DNA of 64,000 nt from Cenococcum geophilum (lineage: Eukaryota), in assembly GCA_050273025.1 (NCBI GenBank), contig CP158636.1:868001-932000 (forward strand), in the 5' to 3' direction. The notes beneath the pieces were generated by a model that saw only the letters and a list, made by a program, of their open reading frames with translations, ran no database searches and was not told the DNA's origin. Positions 51,301-64,000 of the stretch are shown here, piece after piece. The translations under genes and the position numbers were made by a program. How positions within the stretch are numbered: position 1 is the stretch's first letter; every line of letters starts with the position of its first letter.

Positions 51301-54015
51301 TATCTCTATAAGGGATATCATCTTTAACAAAAAGACGTTCTTTAACGGCAAGTAAATAGACATCTTAAAGGACCTACACGCTAAATTAGACACGCTAATT
51401 AAGAAGATTTAACTCCCTAATACCCTAACTAAGAATAAGGTCCTTCTGGAAGATAATAAAGAAGTATTTAAACCGTTAATTTAAGAGGAAAACAATAACG
51501 TTAATAAGCCAGTTCAAACCTTTAATAAGTTAGCAGATCTTAAGCTTATAAGAGCTCTCGAAGATGCGTACTATACGCCACCTCTAATAAAAGAAAATAA
51601 AGAATCTCTATATACCTTTTACATTAAGTATCCTATAAAGTTAGATATATAAGGTACTAATTAAGACATCGCTTATTAAGCAGGAGATGCGTTTTACACT
51701 TAGGGGGTGTTTAATAACTTAGTTAAAGACTCCTTTACGGAAGCTAGCGATTATAGGTTTAAAGACTTTATTACCAAAAGGATCACTTTAGCCTATCACG
51801 GCGCCTTCTTAGCAGGAAGAAAGTTCAACCTTAATAGTTAACTTAACGACAGCAAGCTAAAATCAGGCAGAATACGCGATGTCAGATTATATAGGAAAAA
51901 CTTACCTCCGCCACCCCAGTCGATCTACGACCTAAATATGCATCCTCTTCAAGATTAGTTCTAAGAAGCTTAACGAGCTTATCTACAATCTTATCATTAA
52001 ATGAGGTCGTTTTAAGAAACAGAAAAAAAGCACATAAAGGGATAGTAGGTCCTCAGCTTAATATAGGTATTTATCTACAAAATGGACAAGCACGGATTTC
52101 TCCAGAAATGCAAGGCACGCTTAGTAGTTTATAGAAATTAATAGGCCCCAGAAGACCTACCTATAAGAGCTACTATATTAGCTAGTACAACCTTCTAAAC
52201 CCTTATGGCGATCACCGCAAAATTTAACCTAAAGACGACACAGATAGATACAGTCAATGCGTTTATCTATTGCGATTTTAACAAGGTTGTCTATATAAAG
52301 CTACCGCCAGGGTTTAATAAAGGAAAAACAGACAAAGTACTACACTTAAGAAAAGCCCTATACGGACTACGACAATTACTACTATTATAGCAGAAGAATC
52401 TCACGAGCTTATTAAACAAATTGGGTTTTAAAGAGGTACCTTAGGAGCCGTATATTATGCTAAAAGGTAGAATAATCGTCTTCTTCTACGTTAACGATAT
52501 TGTCTTCTGCTACCGAAAGACAGATAAGAAAAAAGCTTAAGAAGTAATTAAGGAGCTAAGCAAGGAATACCAGATAAGTACCCTTAGCGAGCTAAAATGG
52601 TTCCTAGGAATCTACGTACTACGTAATTATAGCTAGAGGCTCCTATAGCTATCCTAGGAAGCCTATATTAAGAAGATAGCTAACTAGTATAAGATAGATC
52701 TTAGAGGGCGTCTTTTAGACACTCCTATGGTAGAATCGGAACTCCTCCCTACTAATTACCGTATAATCCATCTAACGCGTCCGTCCCCCAATATAGACCT
52801 ATTAGTCCGTCCTATATCCCTACTAGCCTCTATAATGCTATATTAGAGAAAATTGGGTTTAGTACTCTATACAGCTACTACAACGCGTCCAGATATTGCC
52901 TTCGCAGTATTACGGCTAGTAAGGTTTAATTAGAACCTAAGCTAAAAGCATTATTAAGCGGTAGATAAAGTTATCTAGTACCTATATAGCATGAGAAGCA
53001 GAGCAATCTGCTATAGAGGAGATAAGAAAAGAATAAACGGTAGAGGGAGAAATAAAGGAATACGTAATAAAGGATAAGATAATAAAAGAGACGGTAGAAG
53101 CGAAGCGCAATTATTTATCTATACTAGCGATACATTATTCGCGGACAACTCCGTCAATAGAAAGAGCTCATAAGGATATATTATAAAGCTATTTAGAGGA
53201 CTAATCGCATGGAGAGTAAATAAGTAGGGTATAGTTATAATGTTAAGCATAGAAGCCGAGTTGTTAGCCCTATTATAGACAGCAAAGGAAGCTATCTTTA
53301 TTAGCAGGCTGTTTAAAGCAATAATGTTAAGGCTAAATAAGCCCTTAATTATTAAATGCGATAACACCTAGACGCTCTAACTAATTATAGAAGATACGGT
53401 AAAGCTAATTACAAAGCTCTAATACGTTAATATCTATTAACACTAGCTACGTCAGGAATACGCAATAAGACGAGTACGATTTCAATAGATAGTAATGAAG
53501 GAGATAATCGCCAATAGACTTACGAAGGCCCTGCCCAAGCAGAGGTTTTAAAGCTTCGTTAATATAATTAGAATAGTGGATATTAAGGAGTAGCTAAATG
53601 AGGAGAAGCAACTAGAGGACCTAAGGGACAGTATTAGAGCAAGACGGAAGGATTTAGATAAAATTAGAGTTTAATTAACGCATTAACGAGCACGAGAAGG
53701 GTTGCTAAGGCGCTAGCCATAAGCGAGCCAATAGCGATTTTCCATCCCGGGGATGGAAAATCCTAATTGGTTGGCAGAAGTTGGCAAAATATGGTAGGAA
53801 AGTGGTTAGCTTTAACCTTAAAGAGCTTAAAGCTAAGGGGGTGTGTTAGATAATCTATATTCTCTAAAGGCGTAGACCGTATATAAGTCACGTGCATTAT
53901 AAACCTCTTTATTTAAGCCTGAGGGCCCTAGGTCTAAAATCAGGTCAAGATGATCAAGATCATCAATCAATTAACCCATTTCATCAATGAACAGCTTAAT
54001 ACGAGTTACGTAACA
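48325..54015 (+). mobile_element. Ty1/Copia LTR retrotransposon, full length
   Basis: 172-bp LTRs at 48325-48496 and 53844-54015, with a perfect GATAT TSD. PBS-like gttataagccc at 48497. Domain order: PR (ILDSGTTLH ~49988), IN (WHLRLGH ~50453, IRSDNE ~50825), RT (52205-52390 QIDTVNAF...LRKALYGL) and RNase H (SD.SFADN ~53126). Confidence 0.95.
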
Positions 54016-57000
54016 GATATCTACAAACGCTAAAAACTAGTTCAACTTATATACCTAGGCTTAATAGGAGCTTAGTAAGGTTACTAGTATTCCACCTAAT
54101 ACCGCTAATATAAAGGAGCTAGATAAGCTAGCTAAGAAAATAGCTAACTTATAGAGCATTATCGATTTAATAAAGCCCTCCTATTGCCTCTCTAGTAAAG
54201 AGTATAAGTTACGTAGCGAATATATACGCCGATTAAATCTTAACGCCCTAGTTAAGAAGTTACTACCTAATATTAGCGGTACTACTTAATAGCATTTTAA
54301 CCGGTAGATTGCCGTAGTTAAGAACCGATTTAAGGTTAATAACGCTAACTACAACTGTAAGCAACGTACGCGCTAGGCTATTAAAGGTCTTATAAAAGAG
54401 AAGACAATCGCCTAACTAGTTTATCGCTAGTTAGGCACTAAGGATAAGGGTCCCTTACTATAGGACGAATTTAAGACTATAGTCTAAGACCAGATTAGGA
54501 ACCCTATAGTAAAACGCTTTAATAACGCTATAATATACTATATAGCTGTTATAAAGGAGAACTAGAGGTTTAATGTCTTCCTAGCCCATATACGTAGCTT
54601 AAAGGACCTCTTCTTATATACCCCTTTTATTAATCCTAAACAATAGGTAGACTTCTAGTTCTTATATCTTCTAGCCTACCTATAAGTAGAGCTCTTCCGC
54701 CAGAACTTCGCCTAATAGGTAAGAACCGCTAAAGACCTCTTTAACGAAATCCGCCGTATAGAGCAATTGCTTAATACCATAAAGCTCGCGGAAGATCGCG
54801 TAAATAGTAATAGCAAATTATTGTATATAAAGCGTGGTCGCAGTATAGGCTCTATAGACTTAGGCTTAGGGAACAGAACCTAAAAAGGGCAACGCTTTTT
54901 TAAGTAAACTCCTAGGGAGACTACCTAAAAGCTAAATAGCTTAGGGGACCCCCCGGATGCTAGTGCTACGCAGGCAAGTTAAAGAACCGCAGGCGGCCAC
55001 CATAAGGAACACTAGAAGTAGGCTAAAGAGAAGTTAGCTTAGGCTTTAGAAAACCCAAAGCCCTAATAGCATATCTCTCTTAACTGCAACTAGGGCCTAA
55101 TATAGAGGAAGAGAAAAAACGCATTATAGTATACGTTGTAATAGATACGCCCTAGGGCAAAGTCCGCCTATATGCCTTATATAATAATAGGTGCTAAATT
55201 AACCTCATTAATTAAGACGTCGTCCGTAGGTTTAACCTGCCTATACGCTACGCGCTACATTTATATAAACCTATCGCATATTTCCTTAATAGCAACTAGA
55301 TAATAATCTAGGATGCTTATAATCTAACGGTTACCACTAGTAACTCCTAGGGTACTCCTCGCACTATTAGCCCGTAGACCTTTTAGGGCGGCTTATTTAA
55401 TAGTTACAATATAGTTTTTAAATAGGATTGGCTCGCGGAAGCAGATCTATTAATTAGCTTCCGTTCTAGATAGTTTATCTAGGGTACTTTAGACCCTAGA
55501 CGCTTCTAAATAGTTACCCTTAACGCTCTCCTGGTAAACATTAAGGCTAGCGAAATAGTCTATTCGCTATAGTTAGAAGACTCCTTTTCTACGCCAGTTG
55601 TAAATATAATAGAGAACCTGTTGTTACTAGCAGCGAGTACCTATACAGACCCTCTGGATGTAGAGATACCAGTTATAAACACAGTAGAGGACCTGCCGTT
55701 ACTAGCAGTAAGTACCTATAGAGACCCTTTAATGCCGGCGCAGATCACCTATACGCAAGGGGGAGGTAATCGAAACCCTAAAACTATTAAGTATACTACA
55801 GCAGAGCTGTATGCACTCTCTATGTAAGCACACCTGCGAAACGCATATTGGCCGCACTCTTCTCTTCACTAGCTCCTAGAAGCATACTACCACGTAATAG
55901 TCGCTTCAACCTTCGTAGCCCCTGGCCTACTAGATGTATATAAGGAGGAAATTAATATCTTTTCTAATAAGCTAGCAAGTATGCTACCGTAGAACTCTAA
56001 GTACAACTATATAATTAACTTAGAAGAAGGCAAGATACTACCACAAATGCCCCTCTATAACCTCTTATAGAAAGAGTTACAGATCTTATAAAAGTACCTA
56101 GACAGTGCTCTTAAAAAGGGCTAGATTAGGCCTAGCAAGTCGCCTACTAAAGCGCCTATCCTTTTTGTGCCGAAAGCAGACGGTACGATGCGGCTATATA
56201 TCGACTACAGACGCCTAAACAAGATCACGATTAAAAATCGGTACCCCCTACCACTAGTCGGCGAACTCTTTAATAGGCTTAGCCATGCGAAGATATTTAC
56301 AAAGCTAGATCTTTATAATGCGTACTATAGGATTTGTATTAAAAAGGGAGACAAATAGAAGACCGCATTTAAGACACGCTACGGTCACTTTAAGTACCTA
56401 GTAATACCCTTTGGTCTTGCTAACGCCCCTATAACTTTCTAGAGCTATATTTATAAAGCTCTAGGAACCCTAGTGGATACTATCTACGTAGTCTACCTAG
56501 ATAATATTCTTATCTACTTAAATAATAAGGACAAGCACGTCGAGCATATTAAGTAGGTACTGCGACAGCTTTGCGCTTAGGGCCTATACGCTAAACTGTT
56601 AAAATGCATCTTTTATATTAAAAACATTAAGTTCCTAGGCTTTATTATTACCCCTAGGGGTATTATAATAGACCCTAACCGCGTAAAAGCTATTAAGGAA
56701 TGGCCTAAGCCTAAGTCCTATAAGGACATCTAGGTCTTCCTTAGCTTTGCTAACTTCTATAGGCAATTTATCTAGAACTACTCAGATACCATATACCCCC
56801 TACACGCATATCTTATATAGGCACATTACAACCCGACGTTAAATAGGGAGAAGAAGAGAAAGCGTAAGTTAAAAGGGCCTACTAAATAGTATTAACCCTA
56901 GTCCTGGCCTAATGACGCGTAGCAGGCGTTTCGTAAGCTACGCGCTACGTTTATATAGGCTCCTCTACTTCGCCACTTCGCCCCTAATCTACCCCTAATA

Positions 57001-59684
57001 GTAATTACTAACGCTTCCGACTATGCCTATAGCGGTATACTTCTGCAGCCTTTAGGGTAGGGAGATTAACTCTACTAGCACCTAATGCTTATTACAGTTA
57101 GAAGCTTACTAGCCTAAAAATACGGTATAATACGCATAATAAAGAACTACTCGCTATAGTGCAATACTTTAAGACGTGGCGCTATTACCTTAAACACGCC
57201 GCGTATATAATGCGCGTGCTCTGCGATTATAATAATCTCTAGTACTTTATAACCACTAAGAGCTTATCTACTTACTAGACCTAGTACGCTAAGGAACTAG
57301 CTAAGTTTAATTTTAAGATTAAATATAAGCTAGGTAAGATAAATCCTGCTAACGCACTATTCTAGCGCCTAGATTATGCTAAAGGCTTTAAAGATAGCAG
57401 TAAGAGGACACTCCTTAATACTATACTGCCTATATTATAGCAAAAGTTACGGGTTATAGGCCTTGTGGGCGGCCCTAGTGCTATTATACTATACCAGCGA
57501 GTAGCATGCGTGTAGTATATAAGCGACCCTTATAAACTTGGCGCCGGCGGACTAAAGCGTCCTACTATTCTCTTTAAGACTACTTCGACCGGCCTAATAG
57601 CACTTAACCCTAGGGAAAACCCCTTAGCCTAGGTTATAGTCCCCCGCAATAACCTAGCGAGTTACCTACACATTATACGTTACTTCGCTAGCACCAACTT
57701 TACGCAGAGTCTCGTGCCACGGCAAGAAGTAGTAGTAGCTACTTTAGCCAAAACGGCGTTTATAGAATAACCCCCTAAGTTACTAGTTGATTTTATTTAT
57801 AGAGTATAAAAAAGGAACGCCTTTACACGCTCTATATATAATTAGTTAACCTAGGAACGAGTTCCCGCTAGTAATAAGGACTATACCCTTAATAATTAAG
57901 GACTCCTAAGGTAAAATAACAAGGTCTAGGTGCCAAATTACACACTACTGCGATAGGAGATCCTTAAGCGAAATTATAATAATCCTATAGGCGGCCACTA
58001 TGGTTTCAACCGTACCTTTAAGGTAATTACATAGAAGTACGCTTAGAACAGCCTTACCTAGGACCTCTATAAATACCTAGATAATTATAATGCCTACTAA
58101 CGCTCCAAATCGCGCCGCTATAAACCCTATAGTAAGCTGCAGCCTCTTTAGGCCCCCACCCAAGCCTAGCGGCATTATTTACTTAACTTTATTACGGATC
58201 TCCTAGAGTCTAAAACTCCTAATAGCGTAGAGTATAACTCCGTCCTTATCCTTATAGACCGTTTTATAAAGCTAGTACGCTACTATCTAGTGCATAAAAT
58301 AATTGATACTACGCAACTCGCAGAACTCTTATTTAGAGTCTTTATATAAATAGGGCCTCTAGATAATATTATCTCTAATAGGGGTAGTGTATTTATAAGT
58401 AAGTACTAAAGCACTATATACTACCATCTCCGCGTTTAATATAAACTTAGTACTATATTCTACTTACAGATAGATAAGTAGACAGAGCGTCAGAACTAGG
58501 AGCTTAAGGTATACCTATATATATTTACGAACTGGGAACAGTCTAATTAGGCCTCCCTACTTAAAGAAGCAGCCTTTGCCTATAACTCTAAGGTCTATAC
58601 TATAATAAAGCGTTCCCCTATTAAGCTCGCCTATAGCTAGCTACTAAACGTCCTAGATAAAGTCCTAGATAGCGTCTAAGACGCCTAGCAAGGTAGGGAG
58701 GAGTTCGAGTTAACAAATATCTAACTCATAGAGACGCACCTATAACGCCTGCGCCTTATATATAAGGTAGCGGCGGCGTTAATAATATACGCCTAAAAGC
58801 TTTAGGCAAAATACTACAATTGTCACCATCTAGCCAAGCATTTCGCCGTTAGTAAACGAGTCCTGCTCTCCTCTAAGAATATCCATATAAAACGTCCTTA
58901 TAAAAAGCTTAACTATAAGTTTATAGGACCGTTTTAGATCCTAGAGCGCGTAGGGTAGTAAGTATATAAGCTAGAGCTTCCACCTACTATAGCACGGCTC
59001 CACCTAGTCTTCTATGTCTCCCTACTAAAGCCTTATAGGTTACGCCCTGGGTTTTAACCCCTAGCAGTAAAAGAGCTTAAGGAAGGCAGCTGGGAAGTAA
59101 AAGCAATTATCGCCTACTAAAATCGTGCTGGATAACCGCAGTACCTTATTAAATAGCTAGGATGGCCAAATAAATACAATAAATGGAAATACAAGATAGA
59201 ACTTAAGAATTGTTAATAACTACTAGATAAGTACCGCAAGCGGGATACCCTAGCCTTATAGCCAAAGCGTAGGCGAAAAGTAAGCGCCGCTATTAAAATA
59301 TAACCTATATTAAAGCGGAGTAGAGGACGTCCTAAGGGATTAAAGAACAAGCAATAACTGCTATAAAAACTGCGGCGTACGTATAGGGTGAAGTTTTAAT
59401 TCATTAATATCCTATATAAGCCACACTCTAACGCAACCTAACGATGCTAGTAACTCGCAGGTAAGGCTACGGCGTATACCAGCAATAAAGCTTAATTTAG
59501 AAAGCACCCTTTCTAGACCTAGTCCGTTACTCTATACTAGCTAAGCAGATTACTTATATATTAGAAAATAGGCCTATTTATAACTAGGGTCCATTTAACC
59601 GGGGTTCACAACCTACTAATAACCCGCTAGTGGTAACCTATACCGATAACTTACACTATTTTACGCATATACTACGCAGATAAT

Positions 59685-59913
59685 GCATAAGGCTAAAGTA
59701 TAGGTTAGCGGCGGATTTAACGGGCATATAGCCTTACCGTCCTAAACCTAGCTGTATATAAGTAACCTATAAACCTACCCACGAAGTATATATAGCGCTA
59801 CGCTAGTATAGCGTAAGGCTAAAGTAGGGTCAGCGGCGGGTTTAATAGGTATATAGCCTTACCATTTATAAATCTGGCTGTATGTAAATAACCTATGACT
59901 AACCCGTAAGGTA
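59685..59913 (+). repeat. Tandem duplication (~126-bp period) in the family E 3' non-coding region
   Basis: gc.taaggctaaagta.ggt.agcggcgg.tttaa..gg.atatagccttacc...taacctat occurs at ~59686 and ~59811. Confidence 0.85.
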
Positions 59914-62512
59914 CTAGCGACCTACCTACGTAAGCGAGCTTTTAGAATATTTCTAATCTACTGAATTTAGGCGACGGTATTAAGCTCTACTAGCTCTACC
60001 TATTAAATGGACTAATTAGGATTTTCTATACCGGGTATATAAAATCGCTACTAGCTTAGTTAAATGCGGGGGAGTCTTAGCAAGGCAAATCTGACCAATT
60101 AGACAACTTTAACCGCCAGTCGAAGTTCCTTAACATCTTCGCGCCGTGTATATGTACTACCCGTCTCTCTATGCGCAAAATTAAGACGCTCTTTCCTCTC
60201 CAAATTTTTTCCTTACTAAGGTTTTTTATGGGGTTTTATTAAGGCTTAAGCATATAAAGGATTAGGGACGACCCTTTTTAAAGGGGGGGGCATTATTAGG
60301 TAAAACCTAAGTAAATAGTTATATAGCCGTAAGGTATGGGCGACCCTGGGGCAACCTAGGGGTGACTTACCCGTAAGGCACGTGCTTTACACGTGCCTAG
60401 GGAAAACCCTTCCTACCTCGCATACAGACTCCTCCTTTTCCCTTAAGGATTCGTCTCTGTCTATATAATATACCCATTATTCTATCATTGGACTCCCTAT
60501 CTATATCCTTACCTTATAATATCTCCCTAATCCTCCCGCCTATTTAGGTAAAAGGAATAAACTACGCTCCTTCTTTAACTAACTTAAGAATAAGCTAAAT
60601 AGTAATATTAATTGCTACCTAACTCCTAATAGCTAGTTGCGTTACGCTATAAGCCGCCTAATAGGAGACGCTGTAGAAACTATATACCTATTTTAGCCAA
60701 ACACTATAAAAGAACTAGTTACTATACTAGAAGCATCTTATAGCAACCCTAACTAAATTACTATAGTATAAAGAAAACTAAATAAGATAATATAAGGCTC
60801 TAAGAGCTTTCTATTATACTTCGCCAAATTTCACTACTATACTAAAGAGACTAGATAGAACGAACCCGCCTTAATTAATCGCCTAGTAGAGTCCCTAAAC
60901 TCTAAACTAAAGGCTTCCCTTATAGGAGTTAAGCTGCTAGATACCCTTACCGCCTATTCTAATATTATTAATAGCTTATATAATAATATACTACGCCTCG
61001 CCCTAAAATATATACCTTAATATACTGCCCCTTAGCTACCTAAGACCCGTAAGGACCTAAATGCTATAAATATTAACATTAAGACCCTCTCCTACGCCCT
61101 AAAAGAATTTACTAAACAAGAATAACGTATTAAGCTTAGCCTTTGCTTTAAATATAGAAGTAACGCTTATATCTTAAGTTACTGCTCTGTCCTAATACCT
61201 AAAATATATATATAAATAACTGGTATAGACAGCCGATCGCCTTAATTAAGCTCCAGTTGCCAACCCCGATCTTTACTAAGTCTTAGCCCTATATTTAGTA
61301 AGCACCACTTATAAAAACGAAGCTACAAGTAATATATTATAAGAACTCCGCCCTAATTACCTATAAAAGGAAGGTTCTAGAGCTAAGTTACTCTCCAGGA
61401 CGACCCTATCTTAAGATCTTATTAAATACTTTAGATATTACAAACTCTAACTCTTAGGATTATAGCATAACTATTAACTACCGCCTTTAGTAGAATAATT
61501 AATAGGCTAATACTTAAGTCCTAATTAATATAGGAGCTAGTAGTATAGGATTTATTAATAAGATCTTTATATAAGATAATAGTTTTACCCTAACCCCCTT
61601 TAACTAGCATATTAATATATTTAGATTTAATAATAAACGCATAGTTTTAGGCTAAATTACCTATATAGTATACCTAAAACTCTAATACTTAAACTATAAA
61701 GAACTGATTAGGCTTTTTGTTACTACTCTAGGTTACTTAATAATCCTTAGATAACCCCTAGATAAAGCTATATAAGGTGACTATTAATTAGGATAACCTT
61801 AAGCTTCTATTTACTGCTCTACGTTATAAGTAAGAATGCTTTATAACGCACCGCTTAGACCCTAAACTAAAATTTAAGAAATCCACTAAGATCTACTAGC
61901 CTAAGATTTCCACTAATGTCTACTTTACGCCTAAGGAGTCCACCAGATTCCATTAGTATAGGAACTTTACCAAATTCCACTAATATAAGAATTCCACTAA
62001 TATCTACTAAGGACCCGAAAATTCCACTAAAGTCTATAAGTTATTACTAAGTATTATACCGCCCTAAACTAAGTAGAAGCTTAAGCTTAGTATATAAAAC
62101 TACTGGAAGAACTAGTATCCTATAATAAAAAGAATACTTAAAGAACTTAAACCTAAATCTAATACTAACTCCGTACTTAATACTAAACCTAAAGCTAAAT
62201 AGGAAACTATATAAGAAACTATAAACAACCTAAGCAAACTTAATACTCTAGATATCTATATAATTGGAGCTAACCCGCTAGTACAACTCGCCAAAAAACC
62301 TAAATATATAATCTTTGCTATTACTATAGCTAATATTAAGAAAGCCTTAGCACTAAAAAACATACCGACCCTGCTATAAAGGTGCTAGTAGAGTATTATT
62401 ACCGCCTAGATATATTTTTATAAAAGAAAGCCAATAAGCTACCAGAATACTAACTATATAACTATAAGATTATACTTAAAGAAGGAAAGCAGCCTAGATT
62501 TAGACCCCTATA

Positions 62513-64000
62513 ATATAGTCAGCAAGCTAACAGGCTATACAAGCCTCCGGGCCACCCCACTAAACCACTAAGGGTAAATATAGCAAATTACTCAACTACG
62601 AACGATTGTATTTGGTGTAGCTATTTACTAGCTACTTATTTAACGTCTAGGGCACGTACGTGCATTATGTTCTATTGATTTGCATATACTATACTTACGC
62701 ACTGCCCATTGCGGTCGCTTAGCCGCTGCCTCTACTACCCTTTCCTAGACAGCTTGTGCATGAGATAGGCCTTCTACTCCTAATAGAACACCCCCCTTAG
62801 CTATATACGTACGCCGCTATACTCTCTTCTGTTTCTGGCGCTGGTTTTCCATATATAGCTTCTTATTTTCACTTGCAAGTAGGATAGCGCTTAATATCGC
62901 CATTTCGCACCCCTTGACAAGCTAGCTAAGGGCTTATTCTATTAAACTTAGTAGGCTATGCGTACGCCGCCTAAGATAGCGCCTTAGTAGGGCCGTCTGC
63001 TGTTGTAGCTCAGTAATATTATAGGGTGTTTCAGCTGCCTAAGATGCATTTAACTGCGGACGGCGTTGGGGTAATGGCGTCTAATATTCAGTGTGCAGCT
63101 GTGCTAGTACGCGATTAGGGCTATATGGAACTAAGCCAGTAGCTGCGAATCCTGCCAGTATATTATTCCGATGTAGTGCTATAGGCCTAGCCTGCCTATA
63201 TAGTAGTAGGAATTCGTGTTTATTAATATGGTTAATGCCGCGGCCTATAAGCTGTTTAACGAGGCGTCCGTACGATTGCTTAAGGACTAAGAAACAGCCT
63301 ACATCCAGCGGCTATAGTAGATGCGACGAATGCGCTAGTATATAGAGGACGACTATCTAATGATCCAGGCAGTACCGATCAAATTCAGGCGATACGTAAC
63401 TGTTGTGGCCATCTAGTACTAGCAGCCGATACGTGCCAACCGTGTGATCCTTTGTATGCTTATTAAAAACCTCCGTTAACTAGGTTAGGCTAATCTTATT
63501 TATCGTCTAGCTATTATCGCTAATACTAATTAACCAGTTGTATGGGATAATATTGTTTTTATACTAAGCAGCTTAGTATATTACTGCCTTAAAAATAATA
63601 AGTGGCGGAATTGCGACCCCTAGGGCATTAATACACTCAATAATTGTAACCCATTCTCGATTGCCTAGCTGTACTATTTTAGGCCGGCCAGCCCTATTAG
63701 TTCTAGTAATAACTTTTGCAGTTGCAATAACACCTATTTAGTAGCCAGTTTTATTAAAATTCTAAGTATCCTCGTTAAGAATCCCATATTGAATTTTTGT
63801 ATTTTAGACGTGTTTAAACTAGGCTCAAATAAGTATAGGATCCTCGCATTTAGCACGCTGGTAGTTATACTTATGATTCCATTTAGATTATAGGTCATTA
63901 TGGCGCTTAATAAAGTTGTGTACCTATCGCTCGCCAACTGGTTGTAATTTGGTATGCTAGGTAGCCAAAAGGCTAGCCATCTGCCGTACGGTAGCAACCC
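62513..64000 (-). mobile_element. pogo/Fot1 (Tc1-mariner) DNA transposon, 3' part with a DDE transposase pseudogene
   Basis: Inserted after TA (62511-62512) in C copy 2. De-RIP minus-strand motifs: WNFDETG (~63755), YRLLVLDGHNSH (~63415), MPAHSSHLLQPLDVGCF (~63320) and C-terminal C..H.ARTC (~62670). Confidence 0.92.

Larger units (their letters stand above)
47897..60518 (+). mobile_element. Ty3/Gypsy chromovirus family E (related to D), interrupted by a Copia
   Basis: 225-bp LTRs at 47897-48121 and 60294-60518, with a perfect ATATC TSD (47892-47896, 60519-60523). PPT aagggggggg at 60281-60290. RT fragment 56167-56358 ([20 protein letters not shown]), VYLDDILIY ~56491, chromodomain WEV.AIIA ~59090. 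Confidence 0.95.
46762..62512 (+). mobile_element. Ty3/Gypsy family C, copy 2 (5' LTR, gag, protease), interrupted by a MITE, family E and a pogo element
   Basis: LTR 46762-47540 (tgttat...cgtaata) is the reverse complement of the C1 LTR. Segments 47541-47896 and 60524-62512 match the reverse complement of ~18507-16212. Confidence 0.9.

Noticed and set aside
53119..53367. 82-aa minus-strand ORF
   Set aside because: It is antisense to the Copia RNase H.
59685..59913. 3' UTR tandem repeats as hammerhead ribozymes
   Set aside because: No convincing CUGANGA/GAAA core with flanking stems was found by eye.
63091..63997. ORFs 63091-63345 (+) and 63734-63997 (-)
   Set aside because: They are antisense and off-frame readings of the pogo transposase; the true frame carries the DDE motifs.

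Overview
This window is a gene-free, AT-rich block from a filamentous ascomycete, made almost entirely of nested transposable elements. All are inactivated by RIP-type mutation: TpA is strongly enriched, and codons for Q/W/R are converted to TAA/TAG. No intact host gene, RNA gene or CRISPR array is visible. Target-site duplications (TSDs) and terminal repeats resolve the following. Five Ty3/Gypsy chromovirus families: A x2 (1-10031 partial, 21158-28096), B (10032-~28113, interrupted), C x2 (12945-18839, 46762-62512), D (34107-43026) and E (47897-60518). One Ty1/Copia (48325-54015), one pol-less GalEa-like LTR element (43097-46309), a Tad1-like LINE (2763-8316) and a tyrosine-recombinase Ngaro retrotransposon (28317-33400). 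Also a 1.07-kb non-autonomous element with Ngaro split-repeat architecture (8528-9600), solo LTRs, a fold-back MITE (47074-47480) and a pogo/Fot1 transposon (62513-end). The most unusual observation is one 27-bp palindrome with CCAAT-like flanks that recurs near the 3' ends of otherwise unrelated Gypsy and Copia elements and in a solo LTR. Also notable are the mini-Ngaro, an extra ORF downstream of pol in family D, and a RIP-degraded non-TE-looking ORF in the basal layer. Family letters are my labels. Peptides are manual de-RIP readings, and internal domain boundaries are approximate.
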